Below, piece after piece: positions 56,866 to 64,000 of a stretch of DNA of 64,000 nt. The stretch is from Phycisphaerae bacterium (GTDB lineage Bacteria; Planctomycetota; Phycisphaerae; UBA1845; Fen-1342). Under the pieces are notes generated by a model. It was not told the origin of the DNA. It worked only from the letters and a program-made list of their open reading frames with translations, and searched no databases. The stretch covers positions 1-64,000 of the forward strand of contig JASFQK010000035.1 in NCBI GenBank assembly GCA_050115495.1, written 5' to 3'. Every line of letters begins with the position of its first letter. Positions within the stretch are counted from its first letter, which is position 1. Made by a program: the position numbers and the translations under genes.

Positions 56866-57490
56866 CAACCTGACGGCTATCAACCGGCGGCGGCGCAGCG
56901 CTGGCTGTGCCGCCGCCGTTCTATTGGGCCTGCTGACCGGCCCGCTTTTCGGTCAACAGCCGCCCACCACACAGCCCGCCACCCAGCCCGTCACCACGCA
57001 ACCTGCCAAACCCGAGACCATCGCCGAGACACGAGCCCGCCTGAAAGCCACCAAGCTCTCCGATCGTGAGGCCGCCCTCGTCGCCGCGCTCGACCTGGTC
57101 GTCGCTCTCGGGGCTGCGGACGGCCCGCGGGCGGCTGAGTTGATCGACGCCGTCGGCTACGAACCGCTACCGATGTGGGGCCCCCTGCCACTCGATCCAC
57201 CCCGCCCGATCCCCCGCGACGAGATCGCCACCCGCTTCGCCCAGCGGCCGCGGGCTCCGCTCGATCTCCTGCCCCCCACCTGCCTCGACACCATGGATCA
57301 GAAAACACTGCTGAAGGAATTCCCGGCGGCGGGTACATGGATGCTCCCGCAGGATTGGGCCGTCATCATCCGGCCGATCGAAGGGCAGACCGGCTGGGTC
57401 TCCCGGCGGACGTACCTGATCGTCCGCGTGCGGGCCGGAAAGCCGGCGATCATCGGCGGCGATCTCCTCGCCGCCTTGGCCCAGCCCTGA
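56858..57490 (+). CDS. Exported hypothetical protein with TTQPA repeats
   Basis: Signal-like N-terminus followed by TTQPATQPVTTQPA; overlaps the rplU stop. Confidence 0.6.
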   Translation: MPDNLTAINRRRRSAGCAAAVLLGLLTGPLFGQQPPTTQPATQPVTTQPAKPETIAETRARLKATKLSDREAALVAALDLVVALGAADGPRAAELIDAVGYEPLPMWGPLPLDPPRPIPRDEIATRFAQRPRAPLDLLPPTCLDTMDQKTLLKEFPAAGTWMLPQDWAVIIRPIEGQTGWVSRRTYLIVRVRAGKPAIIGGDLLAALAQP

Positions 57491-57549
57491 GCCCGCGCCC
57501 CCGCCGGCGAGCATTGCCAATCGCCCCCAGCCGTGATACCACTCCCCAC

Positions 57550-58278
57550 ATGCGACACGATGGCCGCCAGCCCGACGAGTTGCGCCCCGTTGAGTTCCTC
57601 CGCGCGTTCACCCAGGTCGCCCCGGGCTCCGTCCTGGTGCGCGCCGGCCGCACGCACGTGCTCTGCACAGCGAGCATTGTGGACGGTGTGGATGCCTGGC
57701 GCGAGGCCAGCGGCGCCGGCTGGGTCACCGCCGAGTACGACATGCTCCCCGGATCGACCCCCGAACGCCGGCGGCGCAACCGCACCAAGGTCGACGGCCG
57801 GGCCACGGAGATCCAACGGCTGATCGGCCGCGCCCTGCGGGCCGTGGTGGATATGCCCAAGCTCGGCCAGCGGACGATCTACCTCGACTGCGACGTCCTC
57901 CAGGCCGACGGTGGCACACGCACGGCGGCCGTCAACGGTGCGTACGTCGCCTTGGTCGATGCCCTGGCCGAAGGCCGGCGACGCGGTTGGTGGGGCGACG
58001 ACGTCCTGCGGGCGGGTGTGGCCGCGGTGAGCGTCGGCATCGTCGACGGACAGATCCTGCTCGACCTGAACTACGTCGAGGACTCCTCGGCCGACGTCGA
58101 CTGCAACCTCATCATGACCGATCGCGACGAGTGGGTCGAAGTGCAGAGCACGGCGGAACGTGCACCCTTCCATGACGACCAACTGACCGGCATGCTCACG
58201 CTCGGCCGCCAGGGGATTCGCCGGATGCTGCAGTTGCAGCAGCAGGCGCTGGCCGCCGCGCCGGCGGGAGGAGGGTAG
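57550..58278 (+). CDS. rph: Ribonuclease PH
   Basis: MRHDGRQPDELRP, WVTAEYDMLP, EIQRLIGR, QADGGTRTA, EVQ. Confidence 0.96.
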   Translation: MRHDGRQPDELRPVEFLRAFTQVAPGSVLVRAGRTHVLCTASIVDGVDAWREASGAGWVTAEYDMLPGSTPERRRRNRTKVDGRATEIQRLIGRALRAVVDMPKLGQRTIYLDCDVLQADGGTRTAAVNGAYVALVDALAEGRRRGWWGDDVLRAGVAAVSVGIVDGQILLDLNYVEDSSADVDCNLIMTDRDEWVEVQSTAERAPFHDDQLTGMLTLGRQGIRRMLQLQQQALAAAPAGGG

Positions 58279-58281
58279 ACC

Positions 58282-59157
58282 GTGACCAGCAGGCGACACA
58301 CCGGGCGGATCGCGTGGCGGGTGAGTCTGCCGGCCCTGCTCTTGTGGGTGGCGGGCTGTGCGAGCGGCGAGTTCGCCCCGCGTCCGGGACCGGGGCAGGA
58401 AGGCGTGTGGGCCATCCGTTGCACGGCCCTGCGTGGGCCCGAGCGCCAGCGGCAGGCGGAGGATTGTGCCAAGTCGCTGGGCGGTGTCGCCGGCCTCCGC
58501 GCCGACGGCGTGCTGGTCGTCGACAACGGCCGCGAGAGCATCGTTTACTACGGCCGCTACCGCCGGGACTACGATGCCCGCAGCGGAGAGCACCGCTATC
58601 GGCCGGATCACCTGCGGGACATCGAGCTGATCCGTAGCCTGAGCTTCAACACGGACGGTCGGGTCACGTTCCCGTTCCTGTACGCGACGATGGAGGAGCT
58701 GCCGACGGAACGGTCGGCGCCGGCGGCGTGGGACCTCAACAACGCCGACGGCTACTGGTCGCTGCAGGTGGCGGTCTTCTTCAACGACGAGGACATCACC
58801 AACCGCCGGCAGCTCGCCGAAGAGTATTGCCGCGTTCTGCGCGAGCAGGGCGAGGAGGCGTACTACCACCACGGCGCGGTGAACAGCATCACGACGGTCG
58901 GGCTGTTCCCGAAGGCGGCGGTGCAAACGATCACGCAGAAGGACCCGTGGACCGGGTATCTGACCGCGGTCAACCGCGTCGTCGACGAGCGGGCCGTCGC
59001 CTTGCAGAAGCGCTTCCCCGACAACCTGCACAACGGCCGGCGGCTGCTCGACATCGTGCGCGACCCGAAGACCGGCGAGATCAGAGAGCGCGTGCCGCGT
59101 GAGTCATTCCTGGTGAAGGTCCCCGGAGCCGCGGCGGCCGGGGACAACGGCGGGTAG
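58282..59157 (+). CDS. Hypothetical lipoprotein with possible tandem SPOR-like units
   Basis: Lipobox VAG|C; WAIRC...AEDCAKSL and WSLQVAVF...AEEYCRVLREQGEEAY. Confidence 0.6.
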   Translation: MTSRRHTGRIAWRVSLPALLLWVAGCASGEFAPRPGPGQEGVWAIRCTALRGPERQRQAEDCAKSLGGVAGLRADGVLVVDNGRESIVYYGRYRRDYDARSGEHRYRPDHLRDIELIRSLSFNTDGRVTFPFLYATMEELPTERSAPAAWDLNNADGYWSLQVAVFFNDEDITNRRQLAEEYCRVLREQGEEAYYHHGAVNSITTVGLFPKAAVQTITQKDPWTGYLTAVNRVVDERAVALQKRFPDNLHNGRRLLDIVRDPKTGEIRERVPRESFLVKVPGAAAAGDNGG

Positions 59158-59161
59158 AGCC

Positions 59162-59779
59162 ATGCCCGAAGTCCTGCTGGCCACGCGCAACCTCGGCAAG
59201 CTGCGTGAGCTGCGAGAGATCGCCGCCGGCAGCCCGCTGCACTGGCGCGGCCTCGCCGACTTCCCCGATGTTCCCGACGCTGAAGAAACCGAAGCCAGCT
59301 TCGCCGGCAATGCCCGGCTGAAGGCCCTGCACTACGCGGCGGCGACCGGACTGTTCACACTGGCGGACGATTCCGGGCTCGAGGTGGACGCTCTCGGCGG
59401 AGCGCCGGGCGTGCACTCGGCCCGCTACGCCGGCGAGCCGAGCAACGACCAGGCCAACAACCGCAAGCTGCTGGCGGCCCTGGCCGACGTCCCACCCGAG
59501 CGGCGAACGGCCCGGTTCCGCTGCGCCATGGCCTTCGCCCGTCCCGGCGAGGTCCTGCGCGAGAGCCAGGGCGCCGTCGAGGGCCGCATCATCGCCGAGC
59601 CGCGCGGCGACAACGGCTTCGGTTACGATCCGCTGTTCCTGATTCCGGCTCGACAGCGCACTGTCGCCGAGCTTCCCGGCGACGAGAAACACGCGCTCAG
59701 CCATCGTGGGCAGGCCCTACGGGCCATGCTGCCGCAGATCGAAGAGGTCCTCCGCGCCCTGGGTCAATGGCCGACCTGA
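59162..59779 (+). CDS. rdgB: Non-canonical purine NTP pyrophosphatase (HAM1/RdgB)
   Basis: ATRNLGK, ADDSGL, PGVHSARYA, GFGYDPLF, SHRG. Confidence 0.96.
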   Translation: MPEVLLATRNLGKLRELREIAAGSPLHWRGLADFPDVPDAEETEASFAGNARLKALHYAAATGLFTLADDSGLEVDALGGAPGVHSARYAGEPSNDQANNRKLLAALADVPPERRTARFRCAMAFARPGEVLRESQGAVEGRIIAEPRGDNGFGYDPLFLIPARQRTVAELPGDEKHALSHRGQALRAMLPQIEEVLRALGQWPT

Positions 59780-61410
59780 ATCCATCGCGAACGCCGGCCG
59801 CCGGCCATTGGGTCTGGCGGTACGGAGCGTGCGCGGCGCTGCTGGCCGCCGCGGTCGTCCTCAATCAGTCTGCCATCCACTGGCGTGAGAACGTCGTCGA
59901 TTCGCACCTCTTCGCGTACTACGGCTGGTGCGTGGCCGACGGCGCCCGGCCGTACCTCAACGTCTGGGACAACAAGCCGCCCGGCATCTGGTGGGTCAAC
60001 GCGGCGGGGTTCGCCCTCTGTGGCAAAGGCACGGCCGCCGAAGTGCTCATCTGTACGGTCGCGATCAGCCTCGCGCTGCTGGCGTTCGTCGGCTTGGCTG
60101 GCACCGTCTATCAGCGTGATCTGTTGCTGCCTGCTGCGGTCTGCGGCGGATTGTTGCTCACGCACCCGCTCTACGAGGGCGGCGCCAACCGGACGGAGAC
60201 GTTTGTCATCGCCGCCGAGTCGCTGGCCGTGCTCGGCTACGCGCGTTGGTACCGCGGCGGGCGCTGGCATTGGCTGATACTGGCCGGCTTGGCGGCGGGC
60301 GCGGCCCCGCTGTTCAAGCAATCCGGCCTGGCCGCCGGCGCCGCCTGCGCCCTGCACCTGGCCGGCTCACAGCTCCTGCGCTCGCGGATGCCACTGGTGG
60401 CCGGCCAGCGGGTGCCACTGGTGGCTTGCCCACCAGTGCCGCGTCGATCGGCACTAGCCCCCTGGTTGATCGCTGGCGCCACGTTCGCAATCGCCCCCGC
60501 ATTGGCAGCGGTCGCCCTCTGGCACGTCGGCGCACTCGGCGAAGCCTGGCGGGCGGTCGGCGCATTCAACCGCGCCTACTTTGCGATCGACGACGCCACG
60601 TGGTTGCGTATGGATCGCGCGATCAGCATCTACTGGGAAACGCTCCTCCCACTCCGCTGGCTCTTCGCCGCCGCCGGCGCCGGACTCATCTGGTACATCG
60701 CGAGACACTGGCGACGCCGGCAATCCACTTCGCCGCCGGACCCATCTACAAGCGGCGTCATGCTGCTGTGGCTGTGGTTCCTGCTGGCAGCGTATCTGGC
60801 GTGCGTCGGACCCGGGCGACGCGGACACCACTTCCTGCCCGTCCTGCCGGCACTCGGCCTGCTGGCGCTCTACCCGCTGCACCGGCTGGCCTGGCCCGAC
60901 GGGTTATGGGTCCGCCTCACCCGCCGGCCGACGGCGGTCGCGATCTTCGTCCTATATGGCTGGATGCTCGGCCAGTTCGGCGACGGCAGTGTTGTCGAGA
61001 TGCAGCGCTGCTGGAAAGTCAAACAAGCGTGGTGGTCGGCCGACTACGCCAAGACGCCCGACTACATGCAACAGGCCGCCGAAATCCGCCGACTGACCAC
61101 ACCCGACGACACCGTCTACGTCTGGGGCTGGAGTCCGGGAACGTATCGCTATGGTTATCGGCGGCCGGCGTCCCGCTTCGCGACACTGGAGAAGCTCGGC
61201 CAGGTCGGCCAGCACGCCCGCTTCATCCTCGACGGCGCCGTCGCCGACGTGCAGCGCGAGCCGCCGCGCGTCTTCGTCATCTCCGTCGGCGACCTTACCG
61301 GCATGCATCAGGACGACGACCGGAGCATGGCCGACTGGCTCGACCAGCACTACGTCGACCAGGGCATCGTCGGCGGCATGCACATCCTGCTCCGTCGGGA
61401 GCCGCGCTGA
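59767..61410 (+). CDS. GT-C (ArnT/PMT-like) membrane glycosyltransferase
   Basis: PYLNVWDNKPPG, many TM helices, HHFLPVLP, periplasmic VYVWG C-terminal domain. Confidence 0.82.
   Translation: MADLNPSRTPAAGHWVWRYGACAALLAAAVVLNQSAIHWRENVVDSHLFAYYGWCVADGARPYLNVWDNKPPGIWWVNAAGFALCGKGTAAEVLICTVAISLALLAFVGLAGTVYQRDLLLPAAVCGGLLLTHPLYEGGANRTETFVIAAESLAVLGYARWYRGGRWHWLILAGLAAGAAPLFKQSGLAAGAACALHLAGSQLLRSRMPLVAGQRVPLVACPPVPRRSALAPWLIAGATFAIAPALAAVALWHVGALGEAWRAVGAFNRAYFAIDDATWLRMDRAISIYWETLLPLRWLFAAAGAGLIWYIARHWRRRQSTSPPDPSTSGVMLLWLWFLLAAYLACVGPGRRGHHFLPVLPALGLLALYPLHRLAWPDGLWVRLTRRPTAVAIFVLYGWMLGQFGDGSVVEMQRCWKVKQAWWSADYAKTPDYMQQAAEIRRLTTPDDTVYVWGWSPGTYRYGYRRPASRFATLEKLGQVGQHARFILDGAVADVQREPPRVFVISVGDLTGMHQDDDRSMADWLDQHYVDQGIVGGMHILLRREPR
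60386..60440 (-). repeat. Family C palindrome (full copy 60410-60440 plus partial copy) inside the glycosyltransferase CDS
   Basis: GGGTGCCACTGGTGGCTTGCCCACCAGTGCC is the reverse complement of 31745-31775; translated as (M)PLVAGQRVPLVACPPVP. Confidence 0.88.
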
Positions 61411-61488
61411 GAGAGGGGACTGGCTCCGCGCCCAGGCACGCCTGGGCCGTCAGATGTCGCACGAAGCGCGGTGCCTGTCCCCTTTTTC
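61409..61488. repeat. MITE-like element, family D, between convergent stop codons
   Basis: GAGAGAGGGGACTGGCTCC ... GGTGCCTGTCCCCTTTTTC; internal GCCCAGGC-AC-GCCTGGGC hairpin. Confidence 0.78.
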
Positions 61489-62089
61489 AACGCCGCCGCA
61501 CCGCAATCTGATAGATCGCCCGCCCCTCCCGCCGATACTTGATCTCGAAGTTCGTCTCGACCTGGGCAGCCGACACGCCGAACGCCGGGTCGTCGAACGG
61601 CACCTCGACCAGCTCCGGATGTCCGAGCAGCAGTGGCCGAATCGCCGCGAAATACTCAGCGTGATCGGTCTGCACCGCCCAGTGTCCGCCGGGCACGAGG
61701 CATTGCACCGCCGCGTTGACGAACGGCAACTGAAAGAGCCGTCGCTTGTGGTGCCGCTTTTTGGGCCACGGATCGGGGTGGTAGACATGCAGCGCCGTGA
61801 GCGACTCCCGCGGGCATTGCACGCGGATGAAGTGTGCGGCATCGGTTCGCGTGAGGCGCACGTTCGGCACGCCCCAGCGCTGCATGCGATCGACCGCGTA
61901 CTTGTAGAACTCGTTGGCCCACTCGATACCGAAGAAGTCGCGCTCCGAATGCTCCCGCGCCCGCCGCAGCAGGAACCCCGCCTTCCCCGTCCCGATCTCC
62001 AGCTCCACCGGCGCCACCCGCCCGAACAGGCGCGGCCACGCCAACCCCTCCAACTCCGTCAACTCCACTGCCACTACCGGCGGGCTCAT
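61487..62089 (-). CDS. trmB: tRNA (guanine-N7)-methyltransferase
   Basis: ELEIGTGKA, FFGIE, PDPWPKKRHHKRRL, QTD, TNFE. Confidence 0.95.
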   Translation of the reverse strand: MSPPVVAVELTELEGLAWPRLFGRVAPVELEIGTGKAGFLLRRAREHSERDFFGIEWANEFYKYAVDRMQRWGVPNVRLTRTDAAHFIRVQCPRESLTALHVYHPDPWPKKRHHKRRLFQLPFVNAAVQCLVPGGHWAVQTDHAEYFAAIRPLLLGHPELVEVPFDDPAFGVSAAQVETNFEIKYRREGRAIYQIAVRRR

Positions 62090-62125
62090 TCGGATATCGG
62101 ACCTCGCGGAACCGGCACGTACGCG

Positions 62126-62152
62126 TGAAGGCGCCCCCCGGCCGGACCGATG
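62126..62152 (+). promoter_or_regulatory. Putative sigma28/WhiG-like promoter of the PilZ gene
   Basis: TGAAG-N15-ACCGATG. Confidence 0.45.
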
Positions 62153-62220
62153 AAACTGACGAAGACTCCGCGTTTCGGGCTTTCGCGGCCAACTGAGGCG
62201 TTTGTAAAGGAAGCCGACCT

Positions 62221-62679
62221 ATGTCGCAAGCATCCGCCCCCGCTACGGAGCGGCGCAGTGAGGTACGTGAACCGGCTGCGTTCGCTTTCTGGTATGAGCC
62301 GGCCCCCGTGCACCGCCGGGCCAGCGCGTGGATGCTGAACGTCTCCCGCCGTGGCGCCGCCTTCCTGGCCCCCGCCGAAGACGCCCCCACCGTCGGACAA
62401 CGTCTGCGACTGACCGAGATGTTTTCCACCGACCGCGTCGTGCGCGAGGGCGGCACACGCCTGCCGCCGTTCGCCCGCGTCCTTCGCGTGGAAGGAACCG
62501 AAGGCGTGACGCGCCGCGTGGCCGTGCAGTTCGAAGCCGACAAGTCCGTGCCCCTCGACACCCGAAAGACCGGTCGTTTCGTTGTTACCCGCAGTGAACC
62601 GCAACTCCCGCCTCCACCGCCGCCGGGAGCATCTTCCGGCACCGAACCTGTCGCACCCACGTTGCTCACGGCCGTCTGA
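62221..62679 (+). CDS. Stand-alone PilZ-domain protein
   Basis: ERRSEVR (RxxxR) and NVSRRG ((D/N)xSxxG), ARVLRV, VAVQF. Confidence 0.8.
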   Translation: MSQASAPATERRSEVREPAAFAFWYEPAPVHRRASAWMLNVSRRGAAFLAPAEDAPTVGQRLRLTEMFSTDRVVREGGTRLPPFARVLRVEGTEGVTRRVAVQFEADKSVPLDTRKTGRFVVTRSEPQLPPPPPPGASSGTEPVAPTLLTAV

Positions 62680-62860
62680 CGTTCCGGCCAACCGAAACCA
62701 CCCCCCCAGGTTGTAGCAATGCGCCCACCGTCTGCGCCGCACCGGGCGTGACTTCCGCCGCACACAGACCTAAGCTCAGGGACCTGGATGAACCTCGCCG
62801 CCGGCGGCTGGCTGCGGGCCGTCATCATCGTCGCCGGCGCACGTCCTGGAGGAGATACAC

Positions 62861-63805
62861 ATGCGACGCCTCTTCGCCGACGCCACGCAGGCCGTCGGAA
62901 ACACACCGCTGGTCCGCCTGAATCGCATCATTCCCGGCGGCGCCACCGTGTACGCCAAGCTCGAATACGGCAACCCGCTCAAGAGCGTCAAAGATCGCAT
63001 CGCCGTCGCCATGATCACGGACGGGATGGAGAAGGGCCTCATCAAGCCGGACACCACCATCGTCGAGCCAACGTCCGGTAACACCGGCATCGGCCTCGCC
63101 TTCGTCTGCGCCGCCCGCAACCTCAGCCTGACGCTGACCATGCCCGAGAGCATGAGCGTCGAGCGCCAGGCCGTGCTCCGCGCCCTCGGCGCCAAGCTCG
63201 TCCTCACGCCGGCGGCGGAGGGCATGAAGGGCGCCATCGCCCGCGCCGAGCAGATCGTCGCCGACATGCCGGGGGCGTTCATGCCGCAGCAGTTCAAGAA
63301 CCCCGCCAACCCCGAGATCCACCGCCGGACGACGGCCGAGGAGATCTGGAACGACACCGGCGGCGAGGTGGACGTGCTCGTCGCCGGCGTGGGCACAGGC
63401 GGCACGATCACCGGCGTCGGCGAGGCGCTGAAGGCCCGCCGGCCTGGTTTCCAGTGCATCGCGGTCGAGCCGGCGGATTCGCCCGTGATCACCCAGCACC
63501 GCGCCGGCCAGCCGCTCAAACCCGGCCCGCACAAGATTCAGGGCATCGGCGCCGGCTTCATACCGGACGTTCTCAACGTCGACGTCATCGACGACGTGGT
63601 TACCGTGACGAACGACGAGGCGTTCGACTGGGCCCGTCGGGCCGCCCGGCAGGAGGGCCTCCTCTGCGGCATCAGTTCCGGTGCGGCCCTTTGCGCCGTC
63701 AGCCGCATCGCCCAGCGTCCCGCCCTCTGCGGCAGGACGATCGTCACCGTGCTGGCCTCGGCCGGCGAGCGCTATCTCTCCACGCCGCTGTTTCAGAACG
63801 GCTGA
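62861..63805 (+). CDS. cysK: Cysteine synthase A
   Basis: [45 protein letters not shown]. Confidence 0.97.
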   Translation: MRRLFADATQAVGNTPLVRLNRIIPGGATVYAKLEYGNPLKSVKDRIAVAMITDGMEKGLIKPDTTIVEPTSGNTGIGLAFVCAARNLSLTLTMPESMSVERQAVLRALGAKLVLTPAAEGMKGAIARAEQIVADMPGAFMPQQFKNPANPEIHRRTTAEEIWNDTGGEVDVLVAGVGTGGTITGVGEALKARRPGFQCIAVEPADSPVITQHRAGQPLKPGPHKIQGIGAGFIPDVLNVDVIDDVVTVTNDEAFDWARRAARQEGLLCGISSGAALCAVSRIAQRPALCGRTIVTVLASAGERYLSTPLFQNG

Positions 63806-63887
63806 CAAGGTGCTAAGCTAGCCTCTTCCCCACTGACGGGGTTTCGCGGCATCGGTATCGTTTTGTGCTGGAGGTTCACCAAGCGCT

Positions 63888-64000
63888 ATGGCCAAGCAAG
63901 TCGCCACCAACATCACCTGGCATGAGGGACACGTCGACCGCAACGATCGTCAGAAGCTGCTCAAGCAGCGCGGCGGCACCATCTGGTTCACCGGGCTGAG
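63888..64000 (+). CDS. cysC: Adenylyl-sulfate kinase, 5' part (truncated by the window end)
   Basis: MAKQVATNITWHEGHVDRNDRQKLLKQRGGTIWFTGL, the typical CysC N-terminus leading into the P-loop. Confidence 0.88.
   Translation, partial: MAKQVATNITWHEGHVDRNDRQKLLKQRGGTIWFTGL

Noticed and set aside
1..64000. tRNA, rRNA, transposase, integrase or prophage genes
   Set aside because: No recognisable signatures by eye. Intergenic gaps are short and are explained by promoters or REP-like repeats.

Overview
This is a high-GC (about 70% by eye) bacterial chromosomal segment, most likely from a Planctomycetota/Phycisphaerae genome. That assignment is an inference from gene content (ExbB-ExbD-ExbD-vWA-TPR cluster, DUF1844, long Lgt, TTQPA peptide motifs). 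The housekeeping backbone is folD, lpxI-lpxD, apgM, clpC, two Na+-coupled transporters, uvrB, lgt, panC, mgtE, aceE, rplU, rph, rdgB, trmB, cysK and the start of cysC. Four things stand out. (1) A 16.5-kb locus (32.8-49.3 kb) where a histidine kinase, a CheY-like receiver, an HD-GYP phosphodiesterase, a degenerate GGDEF protein with intact I-site and a STAS anti-anti-sigma are translationally chained to an MshEN-bearing PilB/GspE ATPase and an MSHA/T2SS-like type IV filament machine. (2) A shared sigma28/WhiG-like motif, YNAAG-N15-RNCGATG, upstream of the kinase operon, both pilins and an unlinked PilZ gene. (3) Two small ABC-ATPase plus nuclease-like (TOPRIM-like, PIN-like) candidate conflict/defence modules. 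(4) Several palindromic REP-like families with co-varying stems that form mosaic blocks, supply TAG stop codons and are translated inside some genes. I saw no rRNA, tRNA, CRISPR array or transposase. All family assignments come from motif recognition by eye, not from database searches.
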